Positions 1-12,200 of a DNA stretch of 64,000 bases are shown here, one piece after another. Under the pieces are notes generated by a model. It saw only the letters and a program-made list of their open reading frames with translations, did not search any database and was not told the DNA's origin. This DNA is from a virus, in IMG/VR virus record IMGVR_UViG_3300009068_000024, positions 64,001 through 128,000 of that record. One strand, 5' to 3'. A program made the position numbers and the translations under genes. Every line of letters starts with the position of its first letter. Positions within the stretch are counted from its first letter, which is position 1.

Positions 1-2823
1 GAACTAAAGCGAACAGTCGACGGTGCAAGAATCATTGGTATTCAAGGATTCAAAAAGCCGTTGGATGGCGACTGGGGCGATGAAGGTGATCTTGGTAACT
101 TTATAAGTTATAAGATTGAAAATGGAGTTATCCGTCTATACAATACTGGAGACGCTAAGCCTTGGACACCTGAGCTTAAGAATCCTAATAATGGAACTAA
201 GAATAACTCTGACACCTTATCTTCAATGGGCTACACATGGGATACAGGTAAGACTTGGGACTGGACCACTCCTGTTCAAGGAAATGGATCTGAGCAACTA
301 AGCGCTCTTGTAGACGCTCTAAGTGGTGCAGATGTCGACAGCGTAGTTCTAACTGCTCACCGAGCCAAGGGACTAGAAGCTAAACAAGTTAAACTTTCAG
401 GAACATGGTTCAAGCCTAACCCACAAAAAGATGCTGACGCTATCGAGAAGGGCAATATGCCTAGATCTCTTACTACAGAAGCATTGAACCTTATGTATGT
501 TGCTGCAACTAGAACTATGGATGAATTAGATCCTGGAATGTTGGATTGGCTAGATGGTAAGACAGAAGAATTCAAGTCAAAGCGTAAGGATTACCTACGC
601 CAGCTAGAAGCTAGGTCTGATAAGAGCCCTGATCAACCTACTTCAAAGAATGTTGAAAGCTCAGGACCTGAAATTGTAGAAGTAGATCCTAATACTCTAC
701 AAAAGGGTGACACTGTAGTTACTGCTAAGGGAAACAAGAGAATTAAGATGATAAGTCGTCACGATTCCGATGAAGTTAGTGTATTCTTTGAAGCTATTGA
801 TGGCGGTGGCGGTATGACATATCGTAACGGTGGAATGGCTAAAAAGGTTATTGGAGGACCGTCACAGAACCGTGAAGGAGCTACTAACCCTGACACCAAG
901 TATGACTACACTGCTGACTGGAACACCGAATACCTTGGTGGACCTAACGGCGACTCATATAAGCACACTTGGAGCTCTCCAGATGGTAAGTATGAAGCAG
1001 ATATCACTAACGACTCTATTGCAGTTCGTAAGAATGGTAAAACTATATTCCAAGGAGATAACGGTCTGGATGCTAAGTCAGACCCAGAGAACGTCAGAGA
1101 ATCTAGCTTAGATATAGTTGCAAAGGCTATTGAATCAGATTCAGATATTAGCCCTAATAGATCCACTCCTGAGCAACCAGTAATGTCTCAGGAAGAGATT
1201 AATGCAGCCTACGACGAAGCTATCCAAGCCGAGTACGACTACCAGATGTCTCTTGAACCTATTTCTCGTGATCCTCGGTTCCCTGGCGGAGAGCGTGGTC
1301 TTAAGGAGCTTACAGAGGCAGTTCACGCTGCTGAAAGAATGGCAGCCGAAATCGAGACCCCTGTTCTTGACCCTATCCCTAACGGATTAGACCCAGAAGA
1401 GTACGTGGCTCAACTCAGATCAGCTTTGCCAAATAAAAAAATAGAACTTTATACTGACGAAAATGGTAATAAGTTTGTAAAGGTCTCTGAAGTAGCAAAT
1501 AGATCTGGAATCTTTGGAGCATCTCAAGCAATTTTTGGTATGAAAGACCTAGAAGACAACGGTCCTTCTCAAAACCGCGAAAATAACAAACCTATAAAGA
1601 GCAATAAAGATGCTGTAGATCAGGTTATGGCTCAGATTACCGAAGCTATGGATAAGGGAATTATTCCTTGGAAGAAGCCTTGGACTGGCGGCGGATCTTG
1701 GCTACCAACATCTGGTGCTACCGGTAAGAACTACAAGGGTGGAAACCTAATCATCCTGCAAGTTCTAGGTCAGTTTAGAGGCTATGAAGGAACACGCTGG
1801 TATACAAAGAACGCTATTGCTAAGCTTGGTGGCTACGTCGACGAGAACGATGGCGTGCTTATCACCAAGGTTGTGAAGAGTAAGTACACTGTAAAGCCAG
1901 ACGAGACCAAGACTATCATTGACCCAAAGACTGGTGATCAAAAGCCGGATGATGGTTCTAGAACCAAGACTAGACTCGACATTGATGTTGTCTATAACGA
2001 AGATGTGGTTAAGGGTATTACTATTCCACCACTTCCTAGAAAAGACCCACCTCCTATGCACGAAGTAGAAGATATTATTCTAGATTCTTACACAAATGGA
2101 CCTAATATCAAATACAGCCCTGGAGACTCGGCTTTCTGGTCACCTGATACTGACACAATCAGCTTGCCTCTGAGAGAACAGTTCAATAGCACTGAAGAGC
2201 ACCTAGATACTTTGTTCCATGAACTTACCCACAGTACTGGTGCCTCGGACAGACTAGACCGTAAGGATCTTCTAGAAAACTACGGCAAGCACAAGGATGT
2301 TCGTGCTCGTGAAGAACTTATTGCAGAAATTGGAGCAGCTATTCTAGCTTCTATGTTTGGGATCAACACTAGCATCGAAAACGTAGCTGCTTATGTTCAG
2401 TCTTGGAAGAGATTCCTAGAAACAGAGCCGAACGCTCTATTCGAGGCTGCTTCTATGGCAAGCAAGGCGGTTGATTACATCCTAGCCGGCTACTATGAAG
2501 ACAATCCAGATGAAGAGTATGATCCAAATAGCCAACCTGGAGCTACTTCTATGCCAATCGAACCGATTACTGGTGAAGATGGTTCTTCAGGAGGTCTTGG
2601 AGGCGGTGTCAACTATCGAATCGAAGGTAACCGAATCTTCCTGATGGGCGATACTATGGCTGCTAAGGATCTGATCAAGAGCATCTCTCTAGTTCCTAAA
2701 GATAAGAAGATCCCATTCTCATTCTTCTGGGACAGAAAAGCGAACAACTGGAGTATTAGCCTAGGTGATCCTGAGGATAGAGTAAATATTCTTAACCAAC
2801 TTAAAGCACTCCTAGGTGGTTAA
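1..2823 (+). CDS. Polyvalent protein 1 (5'-truncated by window): SF1/UvrD helicase C-terminus, SH3-like barrel, unknown module, ArdC-like ssDNA-binding domain plus zincin metallopeptidase
   Basis: Frame is open from base 1. Helicase motif V TAHRAKGLE and motif VI EALNLMYVAATR are present. ArdC-N signature IPWKKPW...TGKNYKGGNLIIL; HELTH at 2218-2232 followed by REELIAE and AAYVQSW. PSQNRE at 859 and 1564. Confidence 0.85.
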   Translation, partial: ELKRTVDGARIIGIQGFKKPLDGDWGDEGDLGNFISYKIENGVIRLYNTGDAKPWTPELKNPNNGTKNNSDTLSSMGYTWDTGKTWDWTTPVQGNGSEQLSALVDALSGADVDSVVLTAHRAKGLEAKQVKLSGTWFKPNPQKDADAIEKGNMPRSLTTEALNLMYVAATRTMDELDPGMLDWLDGKTEEFKSKRKDYLRQLEARSDKSPDQPTSKNVESSGPEIVEVDPNTLQKGDTVVTAKGNKRIKMISRHDSDEVSVFFEAIDGGGGMTYRNGGMAKKVIGGPSQNREGATNPDTKYDYTADWNTEYLGGPNGDSYKHTWSSPDGKYEADITNDSIAVRKNGKTIFQGDNGLDAKSDPENVRESSLDIVAKAIESDSDISPNRSTPEQPVMSQEEINAAYDEAIQAEYDYQMSLEPISRDPRFPGGERGLKELTEAVHAAERMAAEIETPVLDPIPNGLDPEEYVAQLRSALPNKKIELYTDENGNKFVKVSEVANRSGIFGASQAIFGMKDLEDNGPSQNRENNKPIKSNKDAVDQVMAQITEAMDKGIIPWKKPWTGGGSWLPTSGATGKNYKGGNLIILQVLGQFRGYEGTRWYTKNAIAKLGGYVDENDGVLITKVVKSKYTVKPDETKTIIDPKTGDQKPDDGSRTKTRLDIDVVYNEDVVKGITIPPLPRKDPPPMHEVEDIILDSYTNGPNIKYSPGDSAFWSPDTDTISLPLREQFNSTEEHLDTLFHELTHSTGASDRLDRKDLLENYGKHKDVRAREELIAEIGAAILASMFGINTSIENVAAYVQSWKRFLETEPNALFEAASMASKAVDYILAGYYEDNPDEEYDPNSQPGATSMPIEPITGEDGSSGGLGGGVNYRIEGNRIFLMGDTMAAKDLIKSISLVPKDKKIPFSFFWDRKANNWSISLGDPEDRVNILNQLKALLGG

Positions 2824-2845
2824 TTAAGTCTTTATTCAGATACTT

Positions 2846-2854
2846 TGGTATACT
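2846..2854 (+). promoter_or_regulatory. Putative extended -10 promoter (TGnTATACT)
   Basis: TGGTATACT in the AT-rich gap upstream of the GAGGAG RBS and ATG at 2892. Confidence 0.45.
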
Positions 2855-2891
2855 ATTTACAGACTTATTAATAACTTAGAGGAGTATTTAC

Positions 2892-3044
2892 ATGGAAAAT
2901 TATTTGAACCCTGATCACTATACTCCTGAAGATGAAGAGTATTGGACTGCTATCTCTTTCCCAAACCCCGATCCAGATTTCCTATATGATAGTGGTGAAG
3001 AGGATGTAGCAGAGCCTACTCCTAAAAACACTCCGTCAGAATAA
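2892..3044 (+). CDS. Small acidic hypothetical protein (50 aa, not in ORF track)
   Basis: GAGGAG RBS at 2879-2884; ATG at 2892; MENYLNPDHYTPEDEEYW...PSE then TAA. Confidence 0.65.
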   Translation: MENYLNPDHYTPEDEEYWTAISFPNPDPDFLYDSGEEDVAEPTPKNTPSE

Positions 3045-3061
3045 CTACGTAGGATATATAA

Positions 3062-3265
3062 ATGGACGAAAATAAAAAGTCTAAGGCCGAGCCTATGCTT
3101 ACCGTAGAGTCTTATAGAAATGACGAGCACATCATTAAAGAAGTGCCGTACTCATCTCTTAGCATCGAGCAATTAGTCAATCTAGCTCTAGGTGGATCTA
3201 AAGCTGCCAATGAAGAACTGCAGCGTTTGGTTGGAGTAGACATCCTTAAGGGTGGCGAAGAGTAG
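3062..3265 (+). CDS. Small hypothetical protein (67 aa)
   Basis: AGGA RBS; its TAG stop overlaps the GTG start of the giant gene (TAGTG). Confidence 0.7.
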   Translation: MDENKKSKAEPMLTVESYRNDEHIIKEVPYSSLSIEQLVNLALGGSKAANEELQRLVGVDILKGGEE

Positions 3266-6200
3266 TGGATTTTGAATACCTAAAACCTATCGTAGCTGAC
3301 GGCTCGGGAGATGGAGACGGCGAGTACACCTCTGCCGAACGTCGTGCCGACGTTGCTACTCAGTTCCGTGACAAATACGGACGCTGGGTTGAGATGGGTC
3401 GAGGTATTAAAGGTAAGATCCGTCTAGGTAAGCGTAGAGGTTCTGATGCAGGTAGAACTGCACGTATTGTCGGTAAGTTTATCAATGCAACTCCTGACGG
3501 TAAGTATGCAAGAGTTTTGGTTGACCCTAGTGATCCTTATTTTGCTGGAAAAGTTGCTTACATTAGGTATGACAATGCTGAAGAAGTACTTGCAACACTA
3601 GACCCTGAATACCTAAAAAAGCGTGGAATTGAGCTAGGGAAAAATACTGAAGGGTATGAAGTTGGAGACGGTGGCATTCAAGATGAAGACACTCTTAGAA
3701 TAGAAGACCCGACTCCACAGGATCTTAAAGATGCCGAAGCCGATCTTCCGGACCCGGGTGATTATAGGGAAGAAGCCGCTAAAAGAACTGCAACTGCACT
3801 CACTGGTAAAGATCTAGCTGTTGGAAATATTGTTTACGATCAGGGAGCTGATCAGTACGGAAAAATTACTCAGGTTAGAACTCTAGCTGACGGTACTAAG
3901 CAGATATTTATTCAGTTCCAAAATGGACGTCGTGCCATTATGAACATTGCTGCTGATCACCCTATTCAAGCTTGGTTAGGTGAAGAAGAGGCTAAACCTA
4001 CTCCAGAAGTTACACCTTCTCAGAGTAGAGAAGGATCTTCGATTGCTGATTTAGGTATTGACCTACAGCCAGCAACTATGGATGCCAACGGTGCACGCCT
4101 ACCTACCCCTGGTGCTTTTACTGGAGTTCTACAAAGAATCCTAGGCGGAGCCAAAAACTGGGCAGACGTTGCTAAAAGGCTATTAAACCAAACAATAACA
4201 TACTTTGACTTTGAAACAACTGGTATTAGCAACTACGATGGTGACGGAATTAAGAACTCTCCTATCCAGCTTGGCGCAGTAAAAGTTAAAAATGGAAAGA
4301 TTATTGGTAGATTCAATGTCTACATTAATCCTGGTAGTAAGCTTTCTGAATGGTCTGCAGATAACCTTAAGCGTGATGTTATTGATGAAAACGGAAACGT
4401 AGTTTTAGATGAAAACGGTAAGCCAGTAACTATTCCTGTAACTGCAGAGTGGCTTTCCGAGCAGATGAGCCCTGAAGAAGCTCTTAGGCAGTTCTTAGAG
4501 TTTATAGGTCCTAACGCTATTCTTGGTGGACAAAACGTCCCGTTCGATCTAGAGATTCTACAGCGTATGGCCGATGATGCAGGTATCGAACTAAAAATTG
4601 CTGGAACTGTAGATTCTAAAGACCTAGCCTCACTGCTGCCTACGTACGATCCTGAAAAAGGTATTGACGGTCCTAAGCAAATAGCAGACAAAGAAACTGG
4701 CCGTATGCGACCTAGCTCTAGCCTTGGTCCAGTTGCCAACTTCTTAGGTTTTGAACCTGCTAACTGGCACTCAGCTGATGGCGATGCAGAAGATTCTTAC
4801 AACCTTGTTCGAGAAATTATTGCTCGTGCTGCTAGAGAAAATAATCCAGACATGCGTCTACTTGACTTCCCGGAAATGCAGAGACTATACAAAGAACGTA
4901 TGGCTGCATTTAAAAACTCGATATCTTCAAATAACCCAGTTACCGAAGCTCAGCTAAACGCTCTTAATGAACTTGCTAATTCAGACAATCAGGAGATTGC
5001 AACAGAAGCTAGAAAAGCCATCAATGAAGCAACCACTAGAGGTAAGGCTGCAGAAGTACTAGCTCGTTTGAATAATGCTAAGGATAGACCTAACAACAAC
5101 CCTAGCCAGTTTAGGATCGGTGGTGGCGGAGATGTCGGCGATGGCAACGGCATCCCAAATAAAAAAGAATTAGCTATTCTAGAAAGACTCAAGTATTTCT
5201 TAAAGAAGAAATTTACAAAGAAGCCTAAGCAATATATTCCGGTTGGATATGATCGCATTGATAACTGGGGTATGTACCCTCAGTGGTATAAAGATGTTTA
5301 TGAATCTGCTGGAAATCTAGATGACTTTGTAAAGTTATTCTGGAAAGCCCTTAGAGAGTCTTATAAAGGTACCCGTCTTGAAGATCCAGAAGGCAGAACC
5401 GATATAAATGAGACAGAGTATGCTGTAGCAGCTGCTATCTACAAGAATCTACAAGGTATCGGTGAAAAGGTCATACTTCGCTATGGCGAGTTTACAATCG
5501 AGTTTGATAAGCAATCAGATATAAATGGTCAGCTTCTAGACGAACTTAAACCTTACCTAGACACTGCAAGAAAGCTTGGACTTAAGCTTCCGGTAAGAAT
5601 AAAAATTGCTAAGCAAGGGGATCCAGCTTTCACTGAAGGCGAAGTTATTGGCTTTGACAAAAATAATCCTGACATTGGAGTTTTGACTGGAGAGGCTCAC
5701 ACCGAGCCTGATGGCACTATGCATATGATTCTTTGGGATCAGCTTCATAACATGGAAAAGCTTGATGAAAGAAGACTATTTAAAGGATTAAACGAACAGG
5801 GTCAGGAAGAGTATTACGGTCAAAACCCTGGAGGATTTATTCCTGCACTTCAGTATGTATTTTTCCACGAACTAGGTCACCTATGGAATAGAGAAAAGCA
5901 CGGTAGACAGGTAAACTCTCCTGTTTGGGGCGAACTTAAGAAGATGTTCTGGGGCACTGATGCTAAGCCATTCAAGAGATTTGATGTTACCCCAAACTCT
6001 GGCAAAGATTTTGATGAAAGAATGGCTGAACTATTTATGGCAGCCGTTGTCGCATTCCACAATAAAGAGGGTGGTGTTCTACCAAACATCGGCCAGTTCT
6101 GGAAAGTCGCCATCGAGCCTTACATCCACGGAGAGCCGATCAACTGGACTGCAAACTCTACAAGAATTAACCCACCTAAAAAAGAAGAAAAAGGTAAGGG

Positions 6201-9200
6201 TAAAAAGACTACTACTGAAGAAACTAGAACTCCACGAGGCGGAAAAGCTAGAACTCCAGATGTAAAAAAACCTGAAGATGTTAAACCTGGAGACATTCTT
6301 TACGACAAGGACGGAAACCTTCACGGTAAAGTTATAAGAATAAGTAAAGACAGAAACGGTAACTGGCATTACTGGGTAGAAGGTAAAGACTACAAACCTG
6401 GAGATGTATTTCCAACAGGTCTAGATGAGTACGTTATTCACAAAAATGGAGTTGCTTATCTTACTAAAGCGGGAGCTAACTTTGTACCTGATGAAGGCCC
6501 AGACTTTGTCTATCCTTTGCCAGAAAAACTTGACTCTTCTAATGCTGACGGTGTAAAAGCTGAAGATCTTAAACCTGGAATGGTTTACGACAGCCCAGAC
6601 GGTCCAGCCAACGTTGTTAACGTTATCGAGCACGGTATCGGTGTGCCTGATGTTAAAAAGTCTAGCGATCGAGTTGTTGTTTACGTAGGTAAAGATGGTG
6701 AAGTCAAGCACGAAGTTGTTCCAGTTGGAACCTTCAAAAAAGTACTAACTTCCTCTAAGTCAAATGTTCCTGCACCTGCACCTGCTCCTGCACCTGCTCC
6801 TGCACCTGAAAATGAGAATCAAGGTGGAGAAGGTAATGGCAATGGTAGCGACAGAGGCGGAGAAGGTAGTGGTGGCGGTGGAGGTGGACGCGGCGGTAAC
6901 GCTCCAGAACCTGTCTCTGAAGAGCCTGAAGTTAAACCAGAGGCTGCCCCTGAAACTGAATCTAAACCAGAATCAGAAGTAACAAGAGAAGATCCTGTCG
7001 GCAAGGGAAAAATTGACCCTAAGGGTTATGCAGAAAAAGGCTATGTGCCAATGGTACATCCTAAGCCAGAATTCCCTGCCGAAACCGACGAGAAAAAGCT
7101 CATTGAAAAAGGCTTTGAGATTGAAGAGCAAGACAATAGGGGAGAACCTTCTCAAAACCGTGAAGAAGAAGAAGAGGGCGAAGAAGGTGCTCTTCCTACT
7201 GAAGATACTTCAGACTTTGGTGCAGGTAAAAAAGTAGTTATTCTTTGGCACAACAAAGACTTCAGTGCTCCAGGTGCTCGTATAAAGATTACTTTCACAA
7301 GAAAAGCTGACGGATCTTTAGATAAAAGATTTACTCAAATTCAGTGGAAGAACTGGGATGGAACTATATCGGGAGATGAATACGGTCCTTCAGAAGTATT
7401 GAATATAGGAGATTCTGAATCAGAAATCTTCAGAATGGAGTTCAAGCATACTGTAGGAATTCTTGCAAGAAGAAATGAAGAATATAACGATGGAGAACTA
7501 CCTGGAACAGTTCCTCACTTCTTTAGAAAAGTTGGAGACGACTACATTTGGAGAGCTGTAAAAGATCCTAAGACTGGAAAATGGAAAGCAGCTAGAGATC
7601 AAAAAATAGATTTAGTGAAGAAGCCTCCATTTGGAGCTATTATATCTAACAAGGATGGTAAGTGGACCGCTACCATTCTAGATCCAAAGGGTAATACAGT
7701 TGCAACTTTTGAAGTTGATGGCGATGAGAATGACAAGTCAGCTCTAGAGAATCTTATAAACCAGTCTTACGTTGAACTTGCTAAGAGATATAGAAACATT
7801 AATGCTCCAGCTACTGCACCTGCTCCAGCTGCAAGACCTGCCGGTAAAGCAACAGACGAGCACAGTTTCCCTCTACCTGATGACGTAAAGATGTGGAAAA
7901 TTAGAGACGGCAGAATGACTGAATATCTTATGGGTTATGAAGAGGGTGTAGATGAGTTTGGGAAGCATTACATTAAAATCCCTAAAGATTCAAGATTTGC
8001 TGCAATACTTCAATATATTGAAAGTCTAGGCCATTGGTATGTTGGATTAGCAGATGTTAATAGTTCCTTGGATCGAGAAAGAGGTATAAAAGAAGCTTTA
8101 TCTATTTCTGACAGTTCTAAAGTCGTTAAAGGTGATATAGATGACCCTAAAGTTTGGGAAGAAGCTTTAAAAGAAGCTAGAAAACTTATATCTGATGCAA
8201 TAGCCAATCGTGATGGTAAAAATGTTCGTTATGGATATGAACATCGTTCAATAGAATCTTTAGATGATATTAGGGTAAATGACTATATAATTTTTAGAAC
8301 TAGCTACCCACCTTCCATAAACTATGCTGACACTGATCGTCCGGAAGAATATATTTCAGGCATTATAGGTAAAGTACTATCCATCGGTAAAGATAAAGAA
8401 GGCAATCGTACTTTTAAAATCCAAGGAAAAGACGGTAAAATTAAAAATCTTACCGACAAAAAACTAGATTATGTCGGCGGTGCAGTAAGATTCTCTGATG
8501 ATGACCCAAATATTAATGTATCTACAACTGAAATCGTTAAAAAACGACTTGCAAAACGTGAAATGAGAGAATTACGTTTTTCTATTGAAATGGATATAGA
8601 TAAAGATCCTAATAAGTCTGAAGATTCTTTAGAAAAAATTTATAAAGCTGTAGAAGATAAAATTGGACCTGATCTTAGTGAAGATCATATATTTGTTCAA
8701 GGGTTGCAAAAAGCTCTTTCCAAAAAAATGTATGATAAGTCAAATACTAAAGCTTACCTCACCGAAGAAGAAATCTACGAAATAGTTGATAATTTTATAA
8801 AAGAATACTCCACTGAAAAGAAGTCTAAGGCAACCCCTGTTCAGCCTGTTGAGGAAAAAGAAGCTATCCCTACAACTAGCCCAGCAGGATTAGTAGGTGA
8901 GCACAACCACCCGCTTCCAGAAGACGTACAGATGTTCCCTGCAGGTGTGGGAGAACCTTACGCTAAATATGTAATAAATGGAGAAGGATTCCAGCACGAA
9001 TCGGACTACCCTGACGTTCGTGTAAAAGATGGGCTTCGCTATGGAGTAGAGATTTATTATGAAGAAGCAATTGAGCCTAATAGCTACAACAAAAAGGGAA
9101 GAGTTGCTGGTTGGAGAATAAGTTTATTAAATAACAAATGGCGAGAAGATATGTCTAGACGTAGACTTATTGACTATAGAAATGCCGAGGTTCCAGGAGA

Positions 9201-12200
9201 TATTAATGATCCGGAAGTTTGGAAGAAAGCTGTAGAAGAAGCCAGAAAAATGTTGGCTAATGCAATAGCTGAAAACGGTGGAAATAATAACCCTTACACA
9301 TCCGAATACATTCCTTTAAAATCTTTGGATCAAATTCAAGCTGGCGACTATCTAATGTATGGTGGGCACTTCCCTCCAACTACTAGATGGAGGGGAACTA
9401 AAAGCGAAGAAACTAGTCCTAACTTCTATGCACAAGTTGTATCCGTTAAGACCGATGAAAACGGAAATAGAGTTTTTGAAATTAAAGAACCTAACCGTGC
9501 ACAGGGCGGGTATTACGATAATGTCTTTGTTAATGATGAAGAATTTTTAGATAAATTTGGTGGAATAACCGGCCTAGCTCGTTACTCTGACGAGAACTCA
9601 AACGTTAAGCCTGCTGCCGAACCTGTAGCCGAAGCTCAGGTAGAAGAAGAGCCTAAAGAACTTACCGAGGAAGAACGTCAGGCTAACCGAGATGCTTGGA
9701 CCGAGGCTGGAAAACTTTACAGAGAATATAAAGCTGCAAGCCGAGCAAAGAATAAAAAGCGTGAAGCTAAGCGCCTAAGACAAGAACTAGAGCAGTTCCC
9801 TGTTGTAGTGCTACACGAGAAACTTAGAGAACTTAGAGATATTCTAGACAACACTAGAAACTCTTCAACAGATGAAAATGAAAGAAAAGCGGCATCTAAG
9901 AGAGCCGCTGAAGTAACTGACGCTATGAAGCAGCTTAATGTACTTACTAACGAGGGTATGAAAGAGGGATCTGTAAAACCAACTGATCCTCTAAAGTTTA
10001 ACTTTGACGATCTTTTCAAAGAAGTAGAAGCACAGGATGGCATTTCTGAATCTGACGTTGAAGAAGCTGCAGAAGAGCCAGAAGTTGTAGAAGAACCAGC
10101 AGCCGAACCTACAGAAGAACCTAAGAAAAACGTCATTGAGACTGCTGGCGGAGTTCTAGATTTTGATGCTTTATCTCCAATGCAACTAGGAAAAATTAAA
10201 GCCCACCTTGACAAGAAAGTTCGCTGGAATGGCGAGGTAATGACCTACCATGAACTTTATAGCAGATTTGCTATCGGTAGACACAAGAGCCAAAACCTTA
10301 AAGATGTTGACTATGTAAAAGGTGAGTCAGTTAAGTCTTGGGGACCTATTAAGTATTTCCTTTTTGTAGATGAAAACGGTGGCATGATCGATGTTCCTAA
10401 GATGGTCTACGATGCTTTCAAGCCAAACAGCGATGATCCAAAATTGGATTCAGATGCCACTGCTCCAGTTCAAGAAGCTGAAATGGCTGAAAGACAAAGA
10501 AAGTGGGATGAGCAAGCTAAGGCAAAAGCAGAAGCTGAAGCTGCTAAACCTGCTGAAGAAAAGCCAGAGGAACCTGTTGAAGCTAAGCCGGAAGAGCCTG
10601 CTGCAGCTCCTGCAACTCCAGTAGAAACTCCTAAAGATCTTGGACCGGTTCAAATAACCAAAGATACAGCTAAGCAATATCTAGCCGAAAAGGTAGATGT
10701 TGGGTGGACTATCTATGGTCCAGATGGTTATGCTCTTGGAGTTGTAGTTAAGAAAGATACTCTAGGTAGAGTTGTTCAGCTAACCGTAAGAGGTCCTAAC
10801 GGGAAAGAAACTACATATAACTTCAACATGCTTACTAAGCTCAATGCCTTTAGTCCTAAAGACAAAAAAGATATCGAGAAAGCTAATAAGGCTAAGCCGG
10901 CTCAACCTAAGCCAGAACCTAAGCCAGAAGTTGTAGAAGAACCTACTTCAGAAGAAGCTCCAGATAAGATCTCCCGTGAAGACGGTTACAGACTGTTCAA
11001 TGCTGTTAAAGAAGTCTATGATTTCATCCACAGAATGAAAAGGACTGACGATCCCGACGCTGCAAAGAAAGATGCAAACGACAAGGTCAATCAGTTAGCA
11101 AAGATCTTAAATCCTGAAGATGTAGATGATTTTATTAGGTATGTAAATGCTATAAATAAAGAACCAGCACTTATAATGTCTAGCATAGATTATCAAAAGA
11201 ATTTTAGTGATTACTTAGACAAATATGCTTCAGGTCAGGGAGTTGCTAACAACCCTATCTACAGATCAGCTGACGGAAAAGAAATCAAAGAAGGTGATTT
11301 CTTGATGGTTGTAGGTGCAGATGGTGCTTTAAAGAAAATACAACTTAGAATCTTTAGAAGACCTAACCCTAGAGCACTCTCAGATAAGACAGACTTCATC
11401 GAGACAGGCTACTATCTTGAATTTTATAGGGATAAAGATCCTAGAATTGTAAGGATAGGTGACCCTAAAGAGTCATACTCACTAGATAAGGTATTCCACA
11501 GTCAAAATGAAGCTGAAATTAGAAATTTCATCCTCAATGGACGTAAGAGCGAGTCCACACCTGCAACTGCTGCTCCTATTGAATTCATACCTTCTTCAAA
11601 AATAAGAGGGCTTCAAGCTGGGGATCTTTTCTATATCTATGAAGCTGGCAACGGCTATGCCAAGCAATACATAGTTGGTTCTAATGGAGAGAGTGTATAT
11701 GAAGCAGTAAATGGGGAACTTCCAGGAGGGGCTGAAGAAAATGTTATAAGACCTGACGATCTAGACTCTATTGCAGAAAGAGTAGCTACCGGTAGTGGAG
11801 AAGAAGTTTACAGAGGACTTATCCCCACAGATGAAAATGGGAACCCTCTCTCAGCTAGGCAGCACAAAGCTAGACTTGAGTCGGCTGCTACTAGTGCTCC
11901 TGAGATTAAACCTGAAACTAAACCTGAGCCTGAAGCATCTAAGTCTTACAACAAAGACCTAGAAAATGATCTAGCTGTATTTAAAAATGTTCTAGAGAAT
12001 GCAATTGAAAACTTTAGAAACCAGCCTGGTGCAGACAAGAATATCTACAAAGCTGCAGCTAAAGAACTTTACAATGAACTTAAAAAGCTGAACTCACTTT
12101 ACGAAGATTCCACTACAAGTGGTGATGATCTAGAGCAAATTCGTAACGTTTATGACGATAAAATCCGTGATCTAGGCGACGTTCAATCAGCTAAAGAAAA

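Noticed and set aside
682-11700. Inteins or Hint domains suggested by LxxGD motifs
   Set aside because: No N-terminal Cys/Ser block, TxxH block or His-Asn-(C/S/T) terminus is visible, and the units are too short.
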